In this document: positions 1 to 9,902 of the stretch, one piece after another
Layout of the letters: every line of letters begins with the position of its first letter
Position numbering within the stretch: position 1 is the stretch's first letter
Assembly: GCA_963768715.1 (NCBI GenBank)
Contig: CAVYJC010000010.1
Span: forward strand, 151,458 to 215,457
DNA length: 64,000 bases
Reading direction: 5' to 3'
From: an uncultured Bacteroidota bacterium
GTDB lineage: Bacteria > Bacteroidota > Rhodothermia > Rhodothermales > DATKEJ01
Made by a program: the position numbers and the translations under genes
Notes under the pieces: model-generated
The model's input: only the letters and a program-made list of their open reading frames with translations
What the model was told of the DNA's origin: nothing
Databases searched by the model: none

Positions 1-1
1 G

Positions 2-151
2 ACGCCGATCGATAAAATTCCCTTCGACCGTATGTGGGCTGACGATCGACTCTGGGTCCCGTTGATGCTGGAAGAGACGCAGTTTGACGGACGATTTCTC
101 TTTGACGGAGATAAGATGCTCAGCTACGAGATCAGCGCCGCAAATACCTGA
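2..151 (+). CDS. 3' end of an unidentified CDS (start lies upstream of the window)
   Basis: Frame 2 is open from the window edge to TGA at 149-151 (...FDGRFLFDGDKMLSYEISAANT*). No family recognised. Confidence 0.3.
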   Translation, partial: TPIDKIPFDRMWADDRLWVPLMLEETQFDGRFLFDGDKMLSYEISAANT

Positions 152-170
152 TTCGATCAACTGTCTCTCG

Positions 171-1385
171 CTAGAGCACCGGGACGCCGTCAACGTTTTC
201 GATCAGGGCTATCGAGGGAGGACGATCTGCCTGGAGACGGGTGGCCACGGTCTCAACCTCCCTCATTACGCGCAGCAAGTTGCCTCCTGCGAGCAGCTCA
301 AGCTCCTGGTCGGACCAACCGCGTCGGATCAACTCCGCAAACAGATACGGAAAGCGCGACACGTCTTCGAGTCCCTCGGGCATGTTTCCGCTTCCCCAGA
401 AGTCACTACCTATGCCGACATGCTCTATTCCGGCAACCTTCCTCGTATGCTCGATGTGGTCGGCGACGTCGTTGAGCGTTGCCATGGACTCGGGATGGGT
501 CGCGGCATACTCTTTCCTGAGGCGCGTGTACTCTTCACTGGATCCGGCAGACTTCAGGATCTCACGGAGCGGTCTTTCCCAATCAGTGACGGCCTTCGAC
601 ACGAATCCCGGGATGAACGTCACCATGACGATACCGCGATTCTCCGCAACGCGCCGCATCACGTCGTCGGGGACATTGCGCGGATGATCGGTCAGCGCCT
701 TGGCCGATGAGTGCGAGAAGATGATCGGGGCCTCCGTCACGTCCAGCACGTCGTTCATTACCTCCTCGGAAACGTGAGCGAGGTCGACCATCATCCCCAG
801 GCGGTTCATTTCGCGAATGACTTCCTTCCCGAAGGCCGACAAACCACCGTTGCGGGGTTCGTCCATCGCCGAATCCACCCAGTCGAGCGTCATATTGTGC
901 GTCAGCGTGAGGTAGCGCGCGCCAAGTCGATAGTAGCAGCGGAGCACGCCGAGCGAATTGGCGAGGACGTGACCCCCTTCCAGTCCGATGAGGGATGCGA
1001 TCTTACCGGCCTTGAACGCCTCCATGATGTCGTCGGCCGTCAGCGCGAGCTGCAGCGTGTCGGAATTCGCTGCGATCATCCTGTGGACGATGTCGATCTG
1101 TTCGAGCTGAACATTGACGAATCCCTCCGTCACGTCGATCGGCACCCAGACAGACCAGAATTGCGCAGCTACTTGCCCCTGTCGCAATCGCGGGATGTCC
1201 GTGTCTGTATCGAGGGAAACGGCGATGGGAAGGTGCTCGATGTCACGCTCGCCGGCACCGTACTTCCGCAAAGTCCACGGAAGGTCGTTGTGTCCGTCAA
1301 TAAGGGGCGTGCGGCTGAGCAGCGCACGGGCGTGTGTGAGGTTCGGGCTCTCGTCTCCTTCAACTGCCGTCTTCGCGATCGTCAT
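171..1385 (-). CDS. membrane dipeptidase (peptidase family M19, renal-dipeptidase-like)
   Basis: 404-aa ORF with ATG at 1385. It has 'LIDGHNDLPW' near the N-terminus, then 'DLAHVSE' and 'IIFSHSSA', typical of M19 dipeptidases. Confidence 0.85.
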   Translation of the reverse strand: MTIAKTAVEGDESPNLTHARALLSRTPLIDGHNDLPWTLRKYGAGERDIEHLPIAVSLDTDTDIPRLRQGQVAAQFWSVWVPIDVTEGFVNVQLEQIDIVHRMIAANSDTLQLALTADDIMEAFKAGKIASLIGLEGGHVLANSLGVLRCYYRLGARYLTLTHNMTLDWVDSAMDEPRNGGLSAFGKEVIREMNRLGMMVDLAHVSEEVMNDVLDVTEAPIIFSHSSAKALTDHPRNVPDDVMRRVAENRGIVMVTFIPGFVSKAVTDWERPLREILKSAGSSEEYTRLRKEYAATHPESMATLNDVADHIEHTRKVAGIEHVGIGSDFWGSGNMPEGLEDVSRFPYLFAELIRRGWSDQELELLAGGNLLRVMREVETVATRLQADRPPSIALIENVDGVPVL

Positions 1386-1574
1386 TTGCCTGTGATTCAG
1401 AGTGGTATGGGCGGTGTATTGTAATTCGGATCGAACGACTTGGCAAATGGGCAGTCAACGCATCAGACTCCAACCGCGGTTGACGAAAAAGTGACGTCTC
1501 GACGTGGAAAATAATCGCAATCGCCGGTCCTTCGTAGTTTCACGGCGTCACGCCCCTCGAACCAAACGGATCGC

Positions 1575-2813
1575 ATGTCATCAATCCTCGACGTTTCAGA
1601 AATCCGAGCCTCGTTTCCCGCGCTAAATCGAAAGGAAAACGGGCTCCCTGTGGCCTATTTCGATGGCCCTGGCGGAACCCAGGTTCCACGCACCGTCAGC
1701 GAGGCGATGGTCGACTACCTGCACAACCACAACGCGAACACGCACTGGGAATATCCTTCGAGTCATGAGACGGACGAGATCATGAGCCGTTCGAGGACGA
1801 AGGCCGCATCCTTTCTCAACGCCGATCCTCGCGGCGTCGCGTTCGGCGCAAACATGACTACACTGACGTTCCATCTCGCTCGATCGGTAGTGAAGCGGTT
1901 CGAGCCCGGAGCCTGGCTGGTCGTAACGGATCTCGATCATCAAGCAAATGTGGCGCCATGGACGTATGCGGCCCGGGAGCGTGGACTCGACGTTCGAACG
2001 ATTCGAATGACGAAGGATGGACAGTTGAATGGAGATGACTTCGAGGCGTTCATCCAGCCGGGAATCGCACTTCTGGCTATTGGCGCCGCATCAAATGCGT
2101 TGGGGACGATCAATGACCTCGAGTCGGCGGTCGGTCGAGTCACGGAGGTCGGCGGCCTGACGTTCGTCGATGCCGTGCACTACGCCCCGCACACGCTCGT
2201 CGACTTTGATGCTTTGGGATGCGATTTCCTGGCTTGTTCACCATACAAGTTTTACGGTCCTCATGCGGGCATTCTTGCGGGCCGACCCGAATTATTCGAG
2301 TCCCTGGACGTGCCCCGTCTCGACCCGGCGCCCGACGAATCGCCCGAACGCCTGGAAACCGGAACCCTGTCGCATGAGGCGATCGCCGGTTCGGCGGCCG
2401 CGATTGACTTCCTTGCAGGCTGTTCCGAGGGTGAATCGTATCGACAACAGCTCGAGAAGACGTTCAGCGCGCTTCATTCGAGGGGGCTGGACCTGCTCGA
2501 AACGATGTGGACCGGTCTGACCTCAATTGCAGGAGTGCGGCTGTTCGGACCGGGGCCGGACCTCCCTCGTACGCCCACCGTCGCCTTCACACTCGAAGGA
2601 GCTCCGTCGTCTGAGGTGGCGTCAAGCCTCGCCGAGCGACACGGGGTTTTCGTCTCGCACGGCGACTTCTATGCCTCCCGTGTGACGGCCTCGCTGGGAC
2701 TGGGGCAGGAAGGACTCGTGCGGGCGGGGTGCGCGTGCTATACGACCAAAGAAGAAGTGGAGCGTCTGGTGCGTGGGGTTGCAGAAATCGCAGCCGAGGG
2801 TTCAGGGCGATAA
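1575..2813 (+). CDS. class V aminotransferase, cysteine desulfurase-like protein
   Basis: 412-aa ORF. 'YFDGPGGTQVP', 'FVDAVHYAPH' and 'CSPYKFYGPHAG' (PLP-lysine region) match the fold-type I class V family. Confidence 0.8.
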   Translation: MSSILDVSEIRASFPALNRKENGLPVAYFDGPGGTQVPRTVSEAMVDYLHNHNANTHWEYPSSHETDEIMSRSRTKAASFLNADPRGVAFGANMTTLTFHLARSVVKRFEPGAWLVVTDLDHQANVAPWTYAARERGLDVRTIRMTKDGQLNGDDFEAFIQPGIALLAIGAASNALGTINDLESAVGRVTEVGGLTFVDAVHYAPHTLVDFDALGCDFLACSPYKFYGPHAGILAGRPELFESLDVPRLDPAPDESPERLETGTLSHEAIAGSAAAIDFLAGCSEGESYRQQLEKTFSALHSRGLDLLETMWTGLTSIAGVRLFGPGPDLPRTPTVAFTLEGAPSSEVASSLAERHGVFVSHGDFYASRVTASLGLGQEGLVRAGCACYTTKEEVERLVRGVAEIAAEGSGR

Positions 2814-2938
2814 GTCAGCGTTCGGCCGTCAGGCGTTTTCCTGTTTTGCTTTTCGCGTGATGGAGATGGGGCCCTCCCATAAAAGGTGCACCGGCGGCGC
2901 GAGGGAATCATAGGATGGCGGGTTGTCGCCGCTCGACA

Positions 2939-3592
2939 TTACGGATAGAGTCTTTCCGTCTCCCATCCATCCTCGACCCGAACGAATCGCAGCCGGTCGT
3001 GCAATCGGTTCGCTCTTCCCTGCCAGAACTCAATCCGATTCGGAACGACACGAAATCCACCCCAGAAGGGCGGCAACGGCACATCTTCCCCCTTAAAGCG
3101 ACGATCCGTCTCCGAAAAAGCCTCCTCGAGGACCTCCCGCCGTTCGAGCCGCCGGCTCTGCTTCGAAGCCCAGGCGCCGATCCTGCTGCCTCGAGGTCGC
3201 GTTCTGAAGTAGGCCTCCGATTCTTCGTGCGTCAGGCGCTCGATCTTTCCCTCGATTCGGATTTGACGCTGCAGTGCGGCCCAGTGAAAAACCAGAGCCG
3301 CATAGGGATTTTCCTCCAGTTCATGCGCCTTTCGGCTGCCGTAATTAGTGAAGAAGCGAAATCCGCGTTCGTCCTGGCCTTTGAAAAGGACCATGCGCGC
3401 AGAAGGCTTCCCGTCCGCATCGGCAGTAGCCAGCGTCATCGCATCCGGGAACAGGATGCGTGACCCGCTCGCCAACTCATACCACTCCCGGAAGAGATCC
3501 ATGGGATCACGGCTATCACTCGCCTCGGGGAGACCCGAAATGACTCCCTGGCCGAGCGTCTTGAGCGTGGTGTAAAGAATCTTTAGCGACAT
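2939..3592 (-). CDS. pdxH: pyridoxamine 5'-phosphate oxidase
   Basis: 217-aa ORF. 'RMVLFKG..ERGFRFFTNYGSRK', 'RIEG' and C-terminal 'IEFWQGRANRLHDRLRF' are classic PdxH signatures. Confidence 0.9.
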   Translation of the reverse strand: MSLKILYTTLKTLGQGVISGLPEASDSRDPMDLFREWYELASGSRILFPDAMTLATADADGKPSARMVLFKGQDERGFRFFTNYGSRKAHELEENPYAALVFHWAALQRQIRIEGKIERLTHEESEAYFRTRPRGSRIGAWASKQSRRLERREVLEEAFSETDRRFKGEDVPLPPFWGGFRVVPNRIEFWQGRANRLHDRLRFVRVEDGWETERLYP

Positions 3593-3606
3593 GCACGTCC
3601 CGTTTT

Positions 3607-4251
3607 CTAGTCGGATGTGGAACCCGCCCCATCAAGGATCGGCACCTTTCGTCCGCAAGCGCGGAGCATGACGGCAGCGGCATCGGCGATGTTGCGCCCG
3701 AAGGAAATCAGTCCATCCTTATGTCCCCCCATCACCAGAATCCCACGGCTCGCTAGATCTGTCGATTTCATCAGTCGCTCAATTTCGTCCGCCATGGCAA
3801 CCGTGCCCGCCTCGGCCGCTGGATGCGTCGTCGGGACCCTCCCCCGAAGCCTTTCCCAACTTTCCGAATCATGAACATGAATCACGGCGCCGATCTCGGG
3901 TGCGGCCTGATAGAGAATGGCATGCGAAAGTGATTCCGACGACGCCTTGATCGCGCCGCGACATGAAACTCTGTTTCCATGGACATCGAAGTCGGTAACG
4001 ATCGCGTAATGCGAGGCGTCCAGCTCATCCAGATGACCCGTTTGCGTCGACGTAATCACAAAAGACTCCGTCGCGCCGACACGCTCACTCATATTGCCGT
4101 ACCCGACCCCCTGAGCGTCGACTCCCACCAGACGCTCTTCGAAGAGCAGACGGCGCCATTTGATCAGTTCCGGAAGACGATCGTAGACCACCGCCTCGAC
4201 CGGCTCCCATTCGCAGGTAAACTGGATATATCCTTTTTCGTCGTTCGTCAA
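3607..4251 (-). CDS. class II aldolase/adducin-family protein (MtnB-like dehydratase candidate)
   Basis: 214-aa ORF with an 'AVIHVHD' His-x-His metal motif. It overlaps the mtnA stop by 4 nt, which suggests co-translation. Confidence 0.6.
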   Translation of the reverse strand: MTNDEKGYIQFTCEWEPVEAVVYDRLPELIKWRRLLFEERLVGVDAQGVGYGNMSERVGATESFVITSTQTGHLDELDASHYAIVTDFDVHGNRVSCRGAIKASSESLSHAILYQAAPEIGAVIHVHDSESWERLRGRVPTTHPAAEAGTVAMADEIERLMKSTDLASRGILVMGGHKDGLISFGRNIADAAAVMLRACGRKVPILDGAGSTSD

Positions 4252-5345
4252 TTCTCCTCCGGAAACATCGCCTCAAGTGACTGCTCGGTGGCCTCGCATA
4301 TGCCGCGCTCCGTGATCAGGCCGCTCACGAGACCCGCAGGCGTCACGTCGAACGCGTAGTTGACCAATTGCGATCCTTGCGGCGTGATCTGCACTGAGTT
4401 CATCGCACCATTTTCATCCAGACCGAATACGCGACCCACCTCACTGCCGTCTCGCGCTTCGATTGGCACGTCGCGTCCCGACGCCAAACTCCAGTCGATC
4501 GACGACGAAGGAAGCGCCACATAAAACGGTATCCCGTTGTCACGCGCCGCCAGCGCCTTCAGATACGTGCCGATCTTGTTCACAACGTCGCCGTTGCGCG
4601 TCGTTCGATCCGTTCCCACCAGGACGAGGTCGACCTGGCCCGACTGCATGAGGTATCCGCCGGCGTTATCGACGATCACCGTATGTGGCACTCCGCGCCG
4701 GGAGAGCTCCCAGGCCGTAAGTCCGGCGCCCTGATTCCGCGGCCGCGTCTCGTCAACCCAGACGTGCACGGGGATGCCTCGCTCTTTGGCAAGATAGATC
4801 GGCGCGGTGGCCGTGCCGTAGTCGATAGTGGCCAGGCGGCCCGCGTTACAGTGCGTCAGAACACTCACCGGGCCCGGCTTCCGGTTCGCAATCTCCTCCA
4901 GGAGCCCCACCCCATGTTCACCGATGCTCTTCGATCGGGCAAGCTCCTCACGGACGATTGCATGAGCCGCTTCCAGGGCCGCATCCGTCGATGCACCAGC
5001 CGTGGCTGCCCGTCGCGCCCGCGCCATCACGTGGTCGACTGCCCACGCGAGATTTACGGCGGTCGGGCGCGCCGCTTTGATGCGCTCCACCTCGGCTTGC
5101 AGTAAATCCGAATCGCCCAGCGACGACTCGCGCCAGGCAAAATGGACCCCATACGCCGCCGTCGCCCCGATCAACGGAGCGCCTCGAACCCACATGTCTT
5201 TAATTGCCGCCACCACCTCATCAACCGTCCGCAACGACGCTACGATCAGCCGATGCGGAAGCGCTCGCTGGTCAATCACTCGGAGACATGCCTCCGCTTC
5301 ATTCCATACAATCGTCGGAGGATCAGGCTGTTGGGTATCGGACAT
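4248..5345 (-). CDS. mtnA: S-methyl-5-thioribose-1-phosphate isomerase
   Basis: The eIF-2B/MtnA family is recognisable ('RGAPLIGATAAYG', 'THCNAG.LAT..YGTA', 'VLVGTDR...NGDVVNKIGTY'). The track ORF starts at 5510, but conserved sequence begins at the ATG at 5345 (MSDTQQ...). Confidence 0.85.
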   Translation of the reverse strand: MSDTQQPDPPTIVWNEAEACLRVIDQRALPHRLIVASLRTVDEVVAAIKDMWVRGAPLIGATAAYGVHFAWRESSLGDSDLLQAEVERIKAARPTAVNLAWAVDHVMARARRAATAGASTDAALEAAHAIVREELARSKSIGEHGVGLLEEIANRKPGPVSVLTHCNAGRLATIDYGTATAPIYLAKERGIPVHVWVDETRPRNQGAGLTAWELSRRGVPHTVIVDNAGGYLMQSGQVDLVLVGTDRTTRNGDVVNKIGTYLKALAARDNGIPFYVALPSSSIDWSLASGRDVPIEARDGSEVGRVFGLDENGAMNSVQITPQGSQLVNYAFDVTPAGLVSGLITERGICEATEQSLEAMFPEEN

Positions 5346-5503
5346 AGAAAGGCAGGTATTCTTTGACGGAATCAAGATAGGATGCGAGGTGGGACGCGAC
5401 AACGTATTGAACTCCGGCACAGGCGGGCGCGTACCGAATGGGCTCCTCCGCGTCGAAACCGGTCCGAACCGGACGGGTTGAACCAGACAGCGCCTTCCAA
5501 TCC

Positions 5504-6667
5504 ATGACACGTCCCGTCTATCTCGATAACAATGCTACGACCCCCGTCGACCCACGAGTCGTCGAGGCGATGCTGCCGTATCTGCGCGAAGAGTTCGGCA
5601 ACGCGTCCAGTGCATCCCACGCGTACGGGTGGGCCGCGGACGAGGCCGTAGAGCTGGCCAGGGAACGTATCGCGCAACTGATCCACTGCGCCCCGAATGC
5701 CCTCATTTTCACGAGTGGCGCAACAGAGGGCATCAACTTCGCGATTAAGGGAATCGCTGCCGCTCGACACACATCCGGGAAGCACATCGCCGTAACGGCC
5801 TCCGAACACCGCGCCGTCCTCGATACATGCCGTCGGATGCGAAAAGACGGCTTCGAAGTTTCGACGATTCCTGTTCAACATGACGGGATCGTCCGACCAG
5901 AAACGGTGTCAGCAGCGCTGCGGGACGACACAATCCTCGTCGCCGTCATCTGGGCGAACAATGAAACCGGCGTGGTGCAACCCATCGCAGAAATATCGGA
6001 CATGGTTCGTGACCGAGGCATCGCTTTTCTTTCGGATGCCACACAGGCCATCGGAAAGATTCCCGTGCGAGCCGATCTGGCGGATCTTATGGTCGGCTCG
6101 GCGCACAAGATGTACGGTCCGAAAGGAACGGGGATTCTCTATATCAACCCCGACATGAAGGGCCCCAAGCCCATGCCGCTGATTGAGGGCGGCGGACAGG
6201 AGCACGGCCTCCGAGGGGGAACGTTGAACACGCCCGGTATTGCAGGAATGGGGATGGCTGCAGAGATCGCGCTGTCAGAAATGTCAGGGGATGCGGACCG
6301 CTTGCAGCGACTTCGCGACGAGCTGGAGCGGGTCATTCTCTCCGGGTGCAAGGATGCTGCCGTGAACGGCAACCGTGAGCACCGTCTTCCCCAAACCACG
6401 AATATTCGATTCCCTGGTGCTCCGGCGGCAGATCTCCTTTCGGAGCTTAGAGACGTTGCGCTGTCGGCCGGAAGTGCGTGCTCGAGCGGTTCCGGGAAAC
6501 CCAGCCACGTCCTCAAGGCGATGGGGCTTTCAGATACGCAGGCCGCGTCGTCGATTCGCATCGGACTCGGCCGGTTCACCACGGAGCTGGACGTTAATTT
6601 CGCGGCGGAGCGGATCGTTCAGGCTGTTCGGGACGTTCGAGAGCGCCAATCGGTTCTTCAACGATAA
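5504..6667 (+). CDS. cysteine desulfurase (NifS/IscS type)
   Basis: 'VYLDNNATTPVDPRV', 'SGATEGINFAIKG', 'SAHKMYGPKGTG' and 'SAGSACSSG' are present. The start was moved to the internal ATG at 5504, where homology begins. Confidence 0.85.
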   Translation: MTRPVYLDNNATTPVDPRVVEAMLPYLREEFGNASSASHAYGWAADEAVELARERIAQLIHCAPNALIFTSGATEGINFAIKGIAAARHTSGKHIAVTASEHRAVLDTCRRMRKDGFEVSTIPVQHDGIVRPETVSAALRDDTILVAVIWANNETGVVQPIAEISDMVRDRGIAFLSDATQAIGKIPVRADLADLMVGSAHKMYGPKGTGILYINPDMKGPKPMPLIEGGGQEHGLRGGTLNTPGIAGMGMAAEIALSEMSGDADRLQRLRDELERVILSGCKDAAVNGNREHRLPQTTNIRFPGAPAADLLSELRDVALSAGSACSSGSGKPSHVLKAMGLSDTQAASSIRIGLGRFTTELDVNFAAERIVQAVRDVRERQSVLQR

Positions 6668-6686
6668 CGACGATACGAAGCAAGCT

Positions 6687-7247
6687 ATGGAGCCAATCAG
6701 AAATCGGGTCGAGGAGAGCGATCTCATGGTCCTCGACCTGGAGAAGCTCTGGGGAAACCGCGAGATCGTCCCATTCGACATCGCGCCCTTTCTCGATCGC
6801 GGCCTGGTTCTCCGGGAGAAGCCCTTCCGGGAAGCGCTCGAAGAGCATGACTGGGCCCAGTATCGCAGCCGCCTCGTGGCGGTGCACTTGACCACCCGCG
6901 CCATCGTGCCGAAGTGGGCGTACATGCTCGTTGCCTCGAAACTGCACGGACACGCCTCCGCGGTTCATTTCGGGACACCCGACGATCTCGTGCGTAGCGA
7001 GTTCACGAGTTTGCTCGACGCGCACGACTGGAGCGCTTATCTGGATCGTAATGTCGTCGTCAAAGGCTGTCCGAGCGATATTGTCCCGACAAGTGCCTAC
7101 GTTCAGGCGATGGCCTCTCTGCAGAACGTAGCAAACAAGATTATGTACGGTGAAGCGTGCTCGGCCGTGCCGGTGTGGCGCCGGCCGGCCGCCTCACGCG
7201 GATCAGCCAAAGCGGTTGCCGCCAAACTCCCATCCCGAAGCTCGTAA
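6687..7247 (+). CDS. DUF2480-family protein
   Basis: The ~186-aa product from the ATG at 6687 ('VLDLEKLW...IVPFDIAPFL..GLVLREKPFRE') resembles the FCB-group DUF2480 family. The upstream part of the track ORF overlaps the desulfurase gene. Confidence 0.55.
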   Translation: MEPIRNRVEESDLMVLDLEKLWGNREIVPFDIAPFLDRGLVLREKPFREALEEHDWAQYRSRLVAVHLTTRAIVPKWAYMLVASKLHGHASAVHFGTPDDLVRSEFTSLLDAHDWSAYLDRNVVVKGCPSDIVPTSAYVQAMASLQNVANKIMYGEACSAVPVWRRPAASRGSAKAVAAKLPSRSS

Positions 7248-7250
7248 CTC

Positions 7251-8015
7251 ATGTCCTATACGATCGACCTCTCTGGAAAGCACATTCTGGTCACGGGCGC
7301 CAGTCGCGGCATTGGCCGAACCGTCGCCGAACACCTTGGCCGAGCCGGCGCTCGCGTCGCGCTGCACTATGGCAGAAACCAGCAGGCAGCCGAGGAATTG
7401 GCCCAGACAATCGGCAACGGTTCATTCGCCGTCGGCGCCGATCTGGCATCAAGCAAAGCCTGCCTCTCCCTCTTTGACGAATGCATCGAACAGATGGGCC
7501 GGCTGGATGTGCTGGTCAGCAACGCCGGCCTCGCCATTTGTGCGCCGCTGGATAGCGAAGACGACGACTGGATTAAGGCGTGGGACCGACAAATGGACGT
7601 CAATCTTCGTGCATCAGGCATCCTCGCGTTTCGAGCCATACGACATTTCAAGAGCCACGGCGGCGGCCGAATCGTATTCATCAGCTCCCGCGCGGCCTTC
7701 CGCGGCGACACCGCCGACTACATGGGATACGCCGCATCGAAGTCGGGTCTCCTCGGCCTGAACGGCTCGATCGCGCGCGCATACGGCAAAGACAATATCA
7801 CGTCGTTCGTCATTGCGCCAGGATTCACGCGGACCGATATGGCCCAGGAATTCATTGACGAATACGGCGAAGACATCGCGCTGAAAGACATTGCGCTAAA
7901 CCGGTTAACCGAACCCAAGGACATTGCACCCCTCGTCGTGCTTCTGAGCAGTGGACTGGCTGATCACTCCACGGGAACGTCGATCGACGTCAATGCGGGC
8001 AGTTATGTCCACTGA
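7251..8015 (+). CDS. SDR-family oxidoreductase (FabG-like)
   Basis: 254 aa with 'VTGASRGIG' (TGxxxGxG), 'NAG' and 'YAASK' (YxxxK catalytic motif). Confidence 0.85.
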   Translation: MSYTIDLSGKHILVTGASRGIGRTVAEHLGRAGARVALHYGRNQQAAEELAQTIGNGSFAVGADLASSKACLSLFDECIEQMGRLDVLVSNAGLAICAPLDSEDDDWIKAWDRQMDVNLRASGILAFRAIRHFKSHGGGRIVFISSRAAFRGDTADYMGYAASKSGLLGLNGSIARAYGKDNITSFVIAPGFTRTDMAQEFIDEYGEDIALKDIALNRLTEPKDIAPLVVLLSSGLADHSTGTSIDVNAGSYVH

Positions 8016-8691
8016 GGTGGAGTCCGCCAAGCAACGAGGTGAGCTGCTCACTCGGGCACACCGCCTGCTGGAAATCCCGGCTCTCTTCGAACTGTATCAG
8101 GTCGCCGTCGACGGAGGCAAACGCACTCCCGTATCACGATTCCTCGAGGGTGTGCCCTACGAGTCCGTCATTGATCTCGGTTGCGGCACTGGGGCCTGGT
8201 CATACCTGACGAAGAAGACCTATCTGGGTCTGGACTACTCATCGTCGTTCATCGAAGGCTGTAGGAGGCGATTCAGGGACGATGGCAGAAAGCGATTCGA
8301 AATGGGCGACCTTGAATCCATCGAGCTCAACGAGCGTTTCGACCTTGCCCTGATGATGTCGGTGCTGCATCATCTTTCCGACCATCAAGCGGAGGCCGTT
8401 CTCGAAAGCCTGCGCGGCAATGCGACCCGCCTTCTCGTGATGGATTTGATCCCGATTCACGGCAATCCGTTATCGCGGCTCCTCTATCGGCTCGACCGGG
8501 GAGATCACATCCGATCAGTCGATCAGCAGCGTCGGGTGCTTACCGGCTCGGGTGACTGGGAAGTGGAGCGCGAGGATTCGTTCTATTCCTACAACCGACT
8601 GTATCGGCACACCCTTTTTCTGCTGCAACCGAAATCGGATGCCGGTATCCGACCTTCTGAATCTTTTCAACTGGAACATGGCTCGCATTGA
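8005..8691 (+). CDS. class I SAM-dependent methyltransferase
   Basis: 'VIDLGCGTG' motif I, with an acidic residue after beta-2 ('YLGLDYS'). The ATG at 8005 overlaps the SDR stop by 11 nt; an alternative start lies at 7951. Confidence 0.7.
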   Translation: MSTEVESAKQRGELLTRAHRLLEIPALFELYQVAVDGGKRTPVSRFLEGVPYESVIDLGCGTGAWSYLTKKTYLGLDYSSSFIEGCRRRFRDDGRKRFEMGDLESIELNERFDLALMMSVLHHLSDHQAEAVLESLRGNATRLLVMDLIPIHGNPLSRLLYRLDRGDHIRSVDQQRRVLTGSGDWEVEREDSFYSYNRLYRHTLFLLQPKSDAGIRPSESFQLEHGSH

Positions 8692-9805
8692 GACGAAAGT
8701 AGCCCACGCCGGCACAGTGCCTGATCCCGAAACCGGTGCATTGATCCCCCCGCTTCACGCATCGACCACGTTTGAGCGCGACGCGGATGGCTCATATCCC
8801 AGGGGATTTGTGTACTCTCGCTGGAGTAACCCGACCCGTGCGCTTCTCGAGCGGACACTTGCCGATCTGGAAGGAGGAGCAGGGGCTATCCTGTGCCCAA
8901 GCGGCATGTCGGCCATCGACACCCTGCTGCGTACGCTGTCTCCGGACGATCACGTCATCCTTGCGGACGACGTCTATCATGCGACGCGCCAACTCCTGCG
9001 AGACTTTCTTGGATCGTGGGGGCTGCGCTTCACCGAGGTCGATTTGGCTGACGCCGATGCTCTCGATGCGGCATTCGAAGATCGGACGCGCCTCGTCTGG
9101 ATCGAGACCCCTTCGAATCCTCTCTGTAAGATTACCGATATCGCAGCCGTTGCGGCTGCTGCGCACGCCCGATCGGCCGAAGTGCTCGTCGACAGCACGT
9201 GGACGACCCCGATCGTACAGCGGCCGCTTGAACACGGCGCCGATTTCGTGGTGCATTCGGTAACCAAGTATCTCTCAGGACATAGCGATGTATTGGCGGG
9301 AGCGCTCGTGTCTGCTAGCCTGGAGGGTAGGTTTGCCCGGGCTCAGCAGCTACAGACCGTTGCGGGGAATGTGGCATCGCCTTTCGACTGCTGGCTCGCA
9401 CTCCGCGGCATCCGTTCTCTGGGCGCGCGGATGCGGGTGCACTGCGAATCGGCCGCGCGCATCGCTCAGTTTCTGTCTGGCCATGCGAAAGTGGAAAGGG
9501 TGTTCTATCCCGGACTGACTTCTCACCCAGGTCACGCGATCGCGCGTCGACAGATGAAGGCGTTCGGTGGAATGATGTCGTTTCTGTATGACGGCGACGA
9601 ATCGGCGACGCTCGCGGTTGCCGCTGCTATGCAGCTGTTCACGCGAGCAACAAGCCTGGGAGGCACGGAAAGTCTGATCGAACACCGCGCTTCCATAGAA
9701 AGCAAGCCAACGCGCACGCCGGTGAATCTACTCAGGTTGTCTATCGGACTCGAGCATCCCGACGATCTGATCGAGGACCTGGAGAGAGCACTTTCAGGGT
9801 CCTAG
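8678..9805 (+). CDS. PLP-dependent Cys/Met-metabolism enzyme (cystathionine gamma-synthase/lyase family)
   Basis: 'YSRWSNPT', 'SGMSAI' and 'HSVTKYLSGHSDV' (PLP lysine) are present. Conserved sequence starts at the ATG at 8678 (MARIETK...). Confidence 0.85.
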   Translation: MARIETKVAHAGTVPDPETGALIPPLHASTTFERDADGSYPRGFVYSRWSNPTRALLERTLADLEGGAGAILCPSGMSAIDTLLRTLSPDDHVILADDVYHATRQLLRDFLGSWGLRFTEVDLADADALDAAFEDRTRLVWIETPSNPLCKITDIAAVAAAAHARSAEVLVDSTWTTPIVQRPLEHGADFVVHSVTKYLSGHSDVLAGALVSASLEGRFARAQQLQTVAGNVASPFDCWLALRGIRSLGARMRVHCESAARIAQFLSGHAKVERVFYPGLTSHPGHAIARRQMKAFGGMMSFLYDGDESATLAVAAAMQLFTRATSLGGTESLIEHRASIESKPTRTPVNLLRLSIGLEHPDDLIEDLERALSGS

Positions 9806-9902
9806 AGCGGTCAGAAATGATTCTCAGGATTTAGGTACTCCATTTTCCGCCAATTTCTTAACATTCGGCGCGTTCCAACGTTTTGGAGTTGACCATCACC
9901 GG